The translations under genes and the position numbers were made by a program. A stretch of 64,000 nt of DNA from assembly GCA_964234715.1 (NCBI GenBank), contig OZ174278.1; one strand, 5' to 3'. The stretch is from Podarcis melisellensis. Its lineage: Eukaryota. A model generated the notes under the pieces. The model did no database searches. It was not told the origin of the DNA and was given only the letters and a program-made list of their open reading frames with translations. Shown in pieces: positions 12,235 through 22,923 of this stretch (positions within the stretch are counted from its first letter, which is position 1; each line of letters begins with the position of its first letter).

Positions 12235-13117
12235 TCACAGCCGTCCTGGGAAAATCCTGGTCCTGGGACTTTTGAAGCATAAAATTATGCACAACTAATC
12301 AGCTTAGTTGTTGATGACAATTTATAGATATATTTTTACTATGATATGTTACACATTTACTATTGAAAAAACACGTAAACATAATAGGCTGTATAATAAC
12401 AATTGTAAAGTTATTTACTAGAAACTACCGGTACTTCTCAAAATTAAAAACAGTTTCTCATAATGTCAAAATCAACACCATGGCATAACATATTAAAATG
12501 TAGCTTATTCAATTAACCACCAAGTCCTGTATGTACAGAATGCAATTCCTATTTTGTCAGTCCCATCGTATATTCATTTCTTCATCTTCTCTTGTATATT
12601 TCTATCTGACGGAGAGTACCATGGAATAGTCTTCTAAGTGTCTAATGATGATGATGAGGTTGGTAGACATAAGAAACTGGCACTGGTGGGTGCTGCACAG
12701 GCAGACAAGACAAGGATTCCTGGATATTCCCCTATTTCGCCGCAAGGGGCTTCATCAGCTGTGCGTAGTTGTAAATCATATAAACATAGACACTTTGTAA
12801 TATCTTAGCTGTACAAATTTCAAAGAAACATACAAAGATATAACAAATGTACATACCGTTACTGTATATAACAGCTGCATGGAACTTATTCATAATAGAT
12901 GTGCAGACGTGATAAACCTGTAAGCCTGAGTACTTTATAAGGGGGCAACACCAGCTGAGGCGACAGGTGCAAATAATTCATGTTAATTCACAGCCGTCCT
13001 GGGAGAATCCTGGTCCTGGGACTTTTGAAGCATAAAATTATGCACATCTAATAAGCTTAGTTGTTGATGACAATTAATAGATATACTTTTACTATTATAT
13101 GCTACACATTTACTATT
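12235..13117 (-). mobile_element. Unclassified non-coding element with 130-bp direct repeats and a hammerhead ribozyme (retrozyme-like or non-autonomous Penelope-like candidate)
   Basis: 12235-12364 and 12988-13117 are 130-bp direct repeats with 7 mismatches by eye (period 753 bp); minus strand has TTATAAAG (12933-12940) followed by a hammerhead core; no ORF of 60 aa or more in the track. Confidence 0.55.
12695..12764 (-). ncRNA. Type I hammerhead ribozyme motif
   Basis: Minus strand reads gcacag-CUGAUGA-a-gcc(ccuugc)ggc-GAAA-uagggg(aauauccaggaa)uccuug-UC-uugu...cugugc: core, stem II, stem III, GUC site and stem I partners are all in the expected order. Confidence 0.65.
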
Positions 13118-15567
13118 AGCAAATGCTAGTTTTGAAATAACATTAGATGTTATCTAACAATAGATAACATTAGATTATCTATTTTTATATTTTCAACTAT
13201 CTTCATTTTATTCAACATATTCCAATTAGTTTTAACACACTTGATCCATGCTCTACATTCCTTTCTTAGGAATAATTCTTTAAGAAGTAATCTGAAACCA
13301 TTATATTTTCCTTCTTTCAGTTACCAAAATGAAAAAGTGGGTTGTTTTATTTTGGTTTTCTCCTTTTGGCATTGAACCAACAGGTGAAACAGCATTTTTA
13401 CAAGCACACTCTGCTGCTTGCTCACACTTCTTCCATCCACATCTTTCTTCACTGGGCTAGGAAAAAGGGACAAGAAAGACCATGGGCTTTGCTGAGCAAT
13501 TGCAGATCGTATCCTCCCTAATATGCTCTGGACTGTTGTAGCAGACATCCAGCTGGAACCAACTTAGGGCCTAAGAGGTGGGATGGATGCTCTGAAAGGT
13601 TTATGGAGAGACCATGTCACTTACTAAGACTAGGCTTAAACATATTGCTTGATGGAAATACAGCAAGATGTAAAAGTCTAAAGAGCACTTCATACCTTAC
13701 ACACTGAGCAAAGCTGAGTTTGCTACTGAATAGCACATTCAATGGGGAGCTAAAACCAATATTAGCTCCCTGACAAGAGTTTCTGTATAATGCATTTGAT
13801 TTGCAACATTATTTTATTTTATATTTTGTATTTACATTTAAAGCATCTTACGTGATAACTTAAAATGTAATGTGTGCAGTGGCCCTTTTATATTCAGCTA
13901 ACAATTAATAATAATGCTGCTTTTTTAAAACTATAGGCAATGTGACATTTTCTTATCTGCGGCAGATAACTCAGCTCTTTTAATTAGGAGACAGAAAGTT
14001 GCCACCGTGGCTGTTTGGCAGGTCTCTCTCCTTTTTCAGACAAGGCTGCTGTTATTGAAGCCATTGTTTAATGATCATATAAGCAGAAAACAATTATCTA
14101 GTTATTTTCTTCTAATTTGAAAGCCTTATTACATGATCTGAAACCCAAAGGTAATTGCTTTTGAACTACTTGGTAACTTCAAATATAATTACTAAGTAAT
14201 TTGCAAAATATGTGATTACTCAAAAGGCCATATGTTCTCTTATTTTATGCACCACTAAATGGATAAGGGGGCCTCAAAACTTTCTCCAAATATTTCTAAC
14301 AGTTGCAGGTGCTACCTACACACATTCATTCATAACAGCATTTATACATTCTCCAGTAACCAATTTCTCTTAGTGGCTTACAAAGACAATCAAATATTAA
14401 ATGAAAATCTGCAGCACCTGACTTGGCAGAGGCACCCAGACATCACTGTCATTATCAGGAACAGGAAAAGGAGGAGGAAGAGAAGGAGGATTGAACACTA
14501 TTGTTGTTGTTGTTGTTATTGTTATTATTATTAACCTTCACCCAAGGATCACAAGACAGTTTACAATATAAAAACACAAAAATACACAGCATAGTGTCAA
14601 ACAAAAGCAATACCCCCTCCACACAGTTTAGGAGACCCTAGATTAATTGGCCAAAGGCCTGAGAGAAGAGGAATGCAAAGAAATGTAATTCCACCCACCC
14701 CCTCCTATAGCCCTGCCTCTGTTTCAGGGTTGCATAAGATGCGACCAAGCAAGGCAAATATATCCCTCTGTACATACCTGTTGGCCTACCGTGGATAGCA
14801 TAGAGTTCCTGTTTTTGCTGCCTTCATAGGGTTGCAAAAGTGTCGCCAAGCACCTGCCATTGGCGGCTTGTGGGCTGCACTCAGCTTGATGTGTTGCAAG
14901 TTTCCTTTGTTCCACAGAACCAAAGCTTGTCACTCTGGTCCTTTTCCTGCCTGCAGAGTTCCACTTCCTATACTCACTCTACAAAATAAAAAACACAATT
15001 TCTGAGGGAAGAGCAGAAGACTTTACACCCACCCCTCTCTACCTCACAGTTTCATAGGAAATCTTGTTATGGGGGAATAAAGTAAGAAATTCCAGATGAG
15101 TTATCCCAGTGCTGAATGTGATATTTCCTTTGCAAACCCAGCACAACTGATTATATGGAGATATATGGCATGTATTTCACCTTCTTTCTGTTTGTCCCTT
15201 CCTCTGCCCAAAGTGAGACCTTCCTTCTTTTGGGGGGCATATAAGGCACTTTCTCTTCATTCCCTGTCACCCTGCAATAGTCACAATATCAGGGTGCAAC
15301 ATACGGCAGAAGGGAAGGGGTACAGCACTGCTCCCAGAAAAGTTTGGTACCTCTTCTTGACATTTTTCACCCCAGCTAGTCATTAGAAGAATTTGTCATT
15401 AAGATCTGGTACCTGAGTTTGCATATTTCCTCCTCCTTCCCTATCCATTTTCCTTTTGTGTCATGCCTGAGGCAGGGAATGTCTTTTTGTTTGTGATCTG
15501 GAAACTACACTTAAAACTAATTTTGGCTGAAAGTGGGATAAAAAGTAAATAAATAAATAAATGTCAT

Positions 15568-15731
15568 GTAAAGGTAAAGGGACCCCTGAACGTTAGGTCC
15601 AGTCATGGCCGACTCTGAGGTTGCGGTGCTCATCTCTCTTTATTGGCCGAGGGAGCTGGCGTACAACTTCCGGGTCATGTGGCCAGCATGACTATGCTGC
15701 TTCTGGCAAACCAGAGCAGGGCATGGAAATG
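15568..15731 (-). mobile_element. Sauria SINE 3' fragment
   Basis: 'gtaaaggtaaagggacccctg...' is homologous to 7711-8009. Confidence 0.85.
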
Positions 15732-15809
15732 CAAAAACAACTTTCTAACCCATCTTCATTGATTAATGCTTCATTGATTAATCCCAGACAAATAGCACCA
15801 ACACATCTG

Positions 15810-16071
15810 TAGAGCTGCTTCCCAGATGAACTGTCATGAGTGGCTCCACTTCTGAGGTTTCAGTGGGGAACCAGAGGGCCTTCTTGGCGGTGGCATCCTC
15901 CCTGTGGAACTCTCCCATCAGATGTCAGGGAGATAAAGAATTACACCACTTTTAGAAAACATCTGAAGGCAACCCTTTTCAGAGAAGTTTCTAATGCCTG
16001 ACATTTTATTATTGTTTACATTTTGCTGGAAGCTGCCCAGAGTGGCTGGGGAACCCTAGCCAGATGGGCGG
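15810..16071 (+). mobile_element. L2-clade LINE 3' end, interrupted by the Gypsy element and resuming at 18364-18392
   Basis: 'gagggccttc..gtggcatcctccctgtggaact' and 'gctgcccagagtggctgggga...gatgggcgg|ggcac..aataaa'; the same tail occurs on the minus strand at 40455-40515. Confidence 0.75.
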
Positions 16072-16499
16072 TGTTATGTACTGAAGTTCTCACCCTGGGC
16101 CAGCAGGGGATACTGTAGATAGTTATGCAAATGAAGGATCGAAAGTGGCATTCATTGATTGGATAGTTTTAGAAAGTTGCTACAGTAACGTTGTACTGGA
16201 GCTCTATATAAGCAGGCTGACTGAGCTCTTCAGTTCAGTTCTGTTCTGGCCTCTGAATAAACAAAAGCTGTTTTAAGAATCGCTGTGTTGTCTGATATAT
16301 TCACCCACAACTTAACACTGGTTATGAGGATGGGATCGATGGACATCAGAGCACAGCCAGATGTGGCCACCCTCTGAACTGAGCTGAATCACTGAGCTGA
16401 ATCACTGAGCGAAATCACTGAACAGAACCAATTCAGAGCTGACTGTTCTGGCTAGAGCACTGTGTTCCATCCATTGCCCTCCACACCAGCATCAGAATC

Positions 16500-16838
16500 A
16501 TGGCTTCACTTGTGTCTCTACCGCCATTTGCGCCAGCCTCTGAATCATGGGACTCCTACCTTGCTCAGTTCGACTGCTACCTCCAAGCCAACGAGCTGAC
16601 AGAAGTATCAAAGGAGCAGAAGTGGGGCCTATTCCTCAGCCTCTGTGGGCCTGAGGTGTTTGAGACGGCCTGAGCATTGGTTGCACCTGAAGCAGTTCAG
16701 GCAACACCATGGGACACGATCCAAGAGAAGCTCCGCAACCACTACGCACCAAAATCGTCCAAGATTGCTGCCTGCCGTGTGTTCTACCACCAGAACCAGG
16801 CAGAGGGGGAGTCAATTAACAACTACACCACCGCCCTG
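16500..16838 (+). pseudogene. gag: Gypsy gag N-terminal remnant
   Basis: MASLVSLPPFAPASESWDSYLAQFDCYLQANEL...GPEVFETA*ALVAP...WDTIQEKLRNHYAP; in-frame TGA at 16671. Confidence 0.85.
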
Positions 16839-17760
16839 TGACGGGTCTGGTCAAAGACTTTGCCGAGGTTTTTGACGGCACTTTGGGGCAATATACAGGT
16901 ATGCCCATCTCCTTCAGCCTTGATCCACAAGTCGCCCCCATCAAGCTAAAGCCACACCGGGTTCCCTTTGCTCTCAAGGCTAAGGTGGACAAACAACTGG
17001 ACAAGCTGATCGCCCAAGGAGTTTTGGAGCCGGTTGACCACGCCAAGTGGGAAAACCCCCATCATCAACGCCTGACAAGCCAGACGGGTCAGTGAGAATC
17101 TGCGCCGACTACAAGTGCACGATCAACAAGGCACTTCAGCAGCACGCTTATCCGGTTCCTGTTGTCCAACACCTGCTGCATTCCCTGGGTGAGGGTAAGG
17201 TCTTCGCTAAGCTGGACCTTGCCCAAGCCTATGAACACCTGCCCATCGATGATGCCACTGCTGAAGCCCAGACGATTGTCACCCACCGAGGGGCATTCCG
17301 TTGCCGCCGTTTGCAGTTCGGGGTGAGTGTGGCTCCTGGCATCTTCCAAAGCCTTATGGAGCGTCTCCTGCAAGGGCTTCCGGGTGTGGTACCATATTTT
17401 GATGACGTCTTGGTGTCCGCAGACTCACACCAGCAGCTGTTCGAGTGCCTCTGTGCCATGCTGACCAGGTTCCAGGAGGCCGGGCTCAAGGTAAAGAGGG
17501 AGAAGTACCAGATCGACGTTCCACAGGTGGAGTTCCTGGGCTTATCGACGCCTCCGGCCTTCACCCGACCACATCCAAGATCCGTGCTATCCAGCTGGCC
17601 CCCATCCCAAAGAACAAGACAGAGTTGCAGGCTTTCCTGGGACTGCTGAACTTTTATAACATGTTCCTGCCCCAAAAAGCCATGGTGGCTGAGCCTCTTC
17701 ACCGACTCCTCAGCACAAAGATGCCTTGGTCCTGGAGTCATCGGGAGACGGCGGCCTTCA
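16839..17760 (+). pseudogene. pol: Gypsy pol reverse transcriptase remnant (frameshifted)
   Basis: 'KPDGSVRICADYKCTIN', 'FAKLDLAQAY', 'LQFGVSVAPGIFQ', 'YFDD' and 'ELQAFLGLLNFY', spread over several overlapping ORFs separated by frameshifts. Confidence 0.92.
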
Positions 17761-18744
17761 GACTCATACCACTGCCGTGCCTGACATTCTGCCAACTCCA
17801 CTTGCGGAGGCTCCACCCACAGCAGCGGATCCAGGGGACTTGGTTTCAACACCACCTAGGGTCGCACCACAGCCTCAGCAAGAATTGGGTGCCCCCCCCC
17901 CAGACTTAGCTACCAGTCCCCGGCGGTCTGGCAGAGTTTCCAATCGCCCAACTTATTTAAAGGACTATGTTGTTGGACATGTATCACTGTTGGTCTAAGT
18001 ATGTGGAAGTATGTGAAATGTAACTGATATGCTATTGTGCCTAACTGAACCATTACGTGTAGTGCTATATATAAGAAAAACATTACGATTGTAACTAACG
18101 CCTTATCTCGGTGGGGAGGGGTGTTATGTACTGAAGTTCTCACCCTGGGCCAGCAGGGGGATACTGTAGATAGTTGTGCAAATGAAGGATCGAAAGTGAC
18201 GTTCAGTGATTGGATAATTTTAGAAAGTTGCTACAGTAACGTTGTACTGGAGCTCTATATAAGCAGGCTGACTGAGCTCTTCAGTTCTGTTCTGGCCTCT
18301 GAATAAACAAGAGCTGTTTGAAGAATTGCTGTTTTGACTTATATGTTCACCCACAACTTAAAAGGCGGGGCACAAGCAATAAAATTATTATTCTTGGCTC
18401 ACTGGTTTTAATTGGAGTTCCCTGAACAATTTTGTCCCTCCCTAGTGAAGCCAGACGGGCTCCCTCCTTGCTGTCTTTTCAGTTTTGGTACACCTTTGGC
18501 AATTGACTGCTTCAATGAAAGGGCTGGTTCCATGCTATTTTTATTGTAATTACTAGTATGTTTTAAACAGATTTTATATATGTATATAATTTGATTCTTT
18601 CAATGTTTAATTGTACTTTAATGATTGATTTACATCAGGAAAAAAAATCTGTTAGTAAGAGCTGTTTGACAGTGGAAGAGTCTCCCTCAGGAAGTGGTGG
18701 ACTCTCCTTCACTGGAAATTTTTAAGCTGGGGGTTGGACTAGAT

Positions 18745-19185
18745 CAGAGGTGGACAACTCTCAAGAGACTGCAATCTACTTTCATGATTAAAAACTGGCA
18801 GTGATCTACCCCCATTTTTTTAGGGGGGAGGATAGCCCCATTTGGGGGGGAGGTTCAGCTCAAAATTGTTGAGCTTTTATACAAAGGAAGAAAGTCCCGC
18901 TTTTTTTAGGGGTTAAAAAAAAGTTTTTTGGGGGGAGTTCTATTGGTGGGGGGGTTAAAAGCAAGGGACAAAGGGGTAAAGTCTCTCACAAAAAGAGTGC
19001 TATGGATCAAAACAGCAGCACAGAGAAAGCTCTGTCTCCCCTTCCAGACATCATACAACAATGGAGGGCAGGGCATAAGTCAGTTTTAGCAACGCTAAGG
19101 AAAGGGAGCCAGAGATCGACCGCAATATACCAAAACCTCGCAGGGATCTACCAGTAGATCACGATCAACCTGCTGGACATCCCTG
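18745..19185. mobile_element. hAT-Charlie-type MITE inserted in a CR1 3' tail
   Basis: Imperfect TIRs cagaggtggacaac / gctggacatccctg; 8-bp TSD gactagat at 18737-18744 and 19186-19193; CR1 tail at about 18630-18744 and 19186-19200. Confidence 0.85.
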
Positions 19186-19224
19186 GACTAGATGATTCTA
19201 TTATTTTTCTATGTTTTTTAGCAG

Positions 19225-19719
19225 TGTCAGGAATGTGGCCCCCCAGAGCACAGGGGAAGAGTCAGACTCAGAAATTGAGCTAAATGAACGAGGGACCGGC
19301 TCTGCAGATGAGAGCTTGCTGACAGAGTCGAGAAAGGGCAGTTTGACCCCCCCTTCTGGGGAAAATACTCTTCGCTCTCAAGAAGACGAAGAGTTGGAAG
19401 GCAGCCAGAGCGCTGCTAGGCAATCAGCAGATAAGCAAAGGTCTGAGACCGTGTCAGCTGAAAGTGGGGAGGGTGAAGGCCAGCCTCTCAGTCCCTGTTC
19501 AAGGAGACTGGATAAGATCAGAGGGCAACGGAAGGGCAAGAGGGGAAAGACGAGAGTTTGGGGTCCATTCCTGCTGTGGGAGGGGCAAAAAATCAGACCG
19601 ACCAACTATTGTTAATGCGAGCAGGCAAGAAGCTGTGCTCTGGATGCGTTTTTGTTGTACATAAAACTGCCGGAGAGTCATTACTTCTTATCAGGGCTTG
19701 CTTGCCAGAGATCATTACA
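19225..19719 (+). mobile_element. Possible solo LTR (TG...CA) of unknown family
   Basis: Compositionally distinct purine-rich block from tgtcagg to attaca with a polyA-like 'cataaaa' near the end; no TSD found. Confidence 0.35.
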
Positions 19720-20389
19720 CACATGATGCAGTTCTTTCAAAATTAGCCAGTACACTGTAGAGTCTCTCATCCCCCTACAAGGAACCTTCTACCATAGGAA
19801 AAGAAAAAAATCCTGACAGTAGTGAGTCTTTTAAAGAACTGAATTGTAATATTGTTCCAGAGCAAAAAGCCTAAAGCTTGCTTATACTTCCAAATGTGGA
19901 ATTTCTTGAAAAATGAGATATTATTGCTTGAGTGACCTTTTCTGTCCATCTATGGAGTCTTAAGCTGATGAATAATTTTAGCATGATTTCCCCTCTTAGA
20001 CCTTGAAGGCATCATGATGACAAGAGCATGAGCTGAATTTGAATACTGATCATGCACCATCATCAAAACCTTTAATTAAGTTCAGCTTGCTAAATCTTCA
20101 GTTTTGGCAATATTTAGAAAAGGGTGAAGGATAAATTGTGGTTGGTCCCAAGAACATACACATTTATTTATTCTGATATACATGAAGATGTAAGGCTACC
20201 ATTGTGGAGCCCCCATGGGAGGATTTGTAGTTCTGTATTACAATCCAAGGGTGCAAAAGACCAAGACCAAGAATTCCCAGACCAAGAAACTGTCCACACA
20301 CAGAATTACCATTTCACTGGATTAAATTTAAGTTTATGGTTGTCACCCAGCCTACCACTAGATCCAGAAATTAATCAAGGCTGACTTGA

Positions 20390-21010
20390 GTCAGATGTAT
20401 CAGAGAAATAGCTTATTAGAGATAATACCTTGCTCAAGATGTTAAGAGAGAGCAAGACACAATTCTGTGGTGCTACTTTCAGGAAGTGGCCACACAGGTA
20501 AGAGTGGAACCACTGCTGAACAGTTTCCCCAACTCCCACCTCATAGAGTTGGTCCAGGAAGATCTCTGGCTGATGGTACTGAAAGCTGCTGAGATACCCA
20601 GTATGAGTAACAGGGTGGGTCAGCCCCAATCCTTCCCCTGATAAAGGCCATCCATCAAGGCAACCAAGGCCCATTCAGAGGCCAAACGAGCCCTGGACCC
20701 AGTCTAGGTCAAGGTAATCCATATCCTCTGAAAGCATCTGCAGCTGGACTGCCACTGCCCTCTCAAGCATCTTGTCCGAAAGGGACGTGTTTGTGGCTGG
20801 GCAGCAGTTCTCCTAAGCATCAGAGTTCAAGGAGGGTTTCCTTCAGAAATGCCCCCAAAAGCCACCTTTTTAAGGTGGCTAGTGCCCCACCCTTGTGCAG
20901 AGATGCATTGACCACATCCTGGGCCCATTTTATCAACCTCCCACATGGTGGAGATGCATTGAAAGGACATCCGGTTGGCTGTACAGAGGTATAAGCAACT
21001 GGTCCACGTT
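20390..21010 (-). mobile_element. Degraded L2 LINE RT fragment
   Basis: Minus-strand translation 'EIFLDQLYEVGVGETVQQWFHSYLCG' is L2 RT-like. Confidence 0.7.
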
Positions 21011-21149
21011 CCTAGGCCACATCAATTGAAACTGGTCCCATAAAATTGGAATAGATTAATAATCAAGTAGATTATGCCTCAGAAACCTCCTGCCCAATGT
21101 CACAGCATTGTTATTCATGTCACAGAATCACTGGTACTTAGGTCAGCAA

Positions 21150-21413
21150 GCGATGCAGGTGGTACTATGGTCTAAACCACTGAGCCTCTTGGGCTTGCCA
21201 GTCGGAAGGTCGGCAGTTCGAATAGATACCGCTGTGGCAGGAAGGTATATTGCATTTCTGTGCACTCTGGCACTTGTCTCACTGTGTTCCGTTGCACCAG
21301 AAGTGGTTTAATCCTGCTGGCCACGACCCAGAAAACTGTCTGCAGACAATGCCGGATCCCTTGTCCTGAACGTGAGATGACTGGACTTAACTGTCCAACT
21401 AACCTTTTTACTT
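21150..21413 (+). mobile_element. Sauria SINE, degraded
   Basis: Head 'ggtggtactatggtctaaaccactgagcc...ggcagttcgaa' and tail 'gactggacttaac...acctttttactt'. Confidence 0.8.
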
Positions 21414-21593
21414 AGGTCAGTGTGGAGACAAGCAATTTTGCCCTTAAAATGTCTGACAGAATTGTTGCAGAAGGCTTCTAAGCTTTCCAGTGTATCATTC
21501 ACTGGGGCGGATGTTAATATGCCTCACACCACTTGGAAAAACAAAAAAAAATCCTTCCAGTAGCACCTTAAAGACCAACTAAGTCAGTTCTTG

Positions 21594-21631
21594 GTATGAG
21601 CTTTCGTGTGCATGCACACTTCTTCAGATAC
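21594..21631 (-). ncRNA. Minimal type I hammerhead ribozyme (Penelope pLTR type)
   Basis: Minus strand: guau-CUGAAGA-a-gugug(caug)cacac-GAAA-gc-UC-auac. Confidence 0.8.
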
Positions 21632-22008
21632 ACTGAAACAGAAGTTTCCAGACCCTTCTATATAGTGAGAAGGTGGGGAGGGGTATTACTCAGAAGGGTG
21701 GTGGGAATGGGTGATTGGCAGATAGCTGTGATGAGCCTGTTGACGACTGCAATAGGTCTTACAGGAAAAAGCAAGGGGTGAAAAGGTGAAAAATGGCTTT
21801 GTCATGTATAATGAGATAAGAATCCAAGGTCTTTGTTCAGACCAGGTTTCTCCATGGTTTTAAGTTTGGTGATAAGTTGTAATTCAGCAGCTTCTCTTTC
21901 CAGTCTATTTCTGAAATTCCTTTGTAGTAAAACAGCTACTTTGAGATCTTGTATAGAATGTCCTGGGAGATTGAAGTGTTCTCCTACTGGTCTGGTTGTG
22001 GTATTATG

Positions 22009-22475
22009 ACCTAACACGGACACCTAACACGGACACTGGCACCAGAGCCTGCAATAAACCCAGATGCCAACTTTGCTGCCACATACACCCGGACAACACC
22101 ATTACTGGCCCCAACAACATCACACATACCATCTCGGGACTATTTAATTGCTCATCGTCTAACATTGTGTATGCCATCAAATGCCAACAGTGTCCTTCAG
22201 CTCTCTATATTGGACAAACAGGCCAGACCTTACGCCAAAGAATAAACGGACATAAATCGGACATCAAGAATCACAAGACAGAGAAACCAGTAGGAGAACA
22301 CTTCAATCTCCCAGGACATTCTATACAAGATCTCAAAGTAGCTGTTTTACTACAAAGGAATTTCAGAAATAGACTGGAAAGAGAAGCTGCTGAATTACAA
22401 CTTATCACCAAACTTAAAACCATGGAGAAACCTGGTCTGAACAAAGACCTTGGATTCTTATCTCATTATACATGA
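22009..22475 (+). pseudogene. Penelope-like GIY-YIG endonuclease domain (C-terminal fragment; RT missing)
   Basis: 'CNKPRCQLC...NIVYAIKCQQCPSALYIGQTGQTLRQRINGH...PVGEHF...REAAE...PGLN'. Confidence 0.9.
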
Positions 22476-22645
22476 CAAAGCCATTTTTCACCTTTTCACC
22501 CCTTGCTTTTTCCTGTAAGACCTATTGCAGTCGTCAACAGGCTCATCACAGCTATCTGCCAATCACCCATTCCCACCACCCTTCTGAGTAATACCCCTCC
22601 CCACCTTCTCACTATATAGAAGGGTCTGGTAACTTCTGTTTCAGT

Positions 22646-22683
22646 GTATCTGAAGAAGTGTGTATGCACACGAAAGCTCATAC
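22646..22683 (+). ncRNA. Minimal type I hammerhead ribozyme (Penelope pLTR type)
   Basis: guau-CUGAAGA-a-gugug(uaug)cacac-GAAA-gc-UC-auac, downstream of 'tatataga'. Confidence 0.8.
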
Positions 22684-22923
22684 CAAGAACTGACTTAGTT
22701 GGTCTTTAAGGTGCTACTGGAAGGATTTTTTTTTGTTTTGACTATGGCAGACCAACACGGCTACCTATCTGTAACCATCACTTGGAAAATTATGTTGGAG
22801 GCTATAATTGAAGAAGCAAAGTAGGCCTTCTTTTCTGCTCTGACTGCAATTTTATCAGCATGATTATGTGCTCTAGCATGTTTTTGGTCACCCTGACAAT
22901 GAGTCATACACCAAGCTCTAGCC

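Larger units (their letters stand above)
16072..18363 (+). mobile_element. Gypsy/Ty3 (Mag-like) LTR retrotransposon, internally deleted and non-autonomous
   Basis: LTRs 16072-16317 and 18122-18363 (TG...CA and TG...AA), 5-bp TSD ggcgg (16067-16071, 18364-18368), degenerate PBS tggttatgaggatggg at 16319, PPT ggtggggagggg at 18110-18121, gag and RT remnants. Confidence 0.95.
21541..22775 (+). mobile_element. Penelope-like element (5'-truncated) with an inverted copy of its 3' end
   Basis: GIY-YIG ORF, pLTR-like region with TATA box and hammerhead; arms 21538-21991 and 22286-22739 are inverted; 14-bp TSD with 1 mismatch ca(c/t)cacttggaaaa at 21527-21540 and 22776-22789. Confidence 0.92.
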
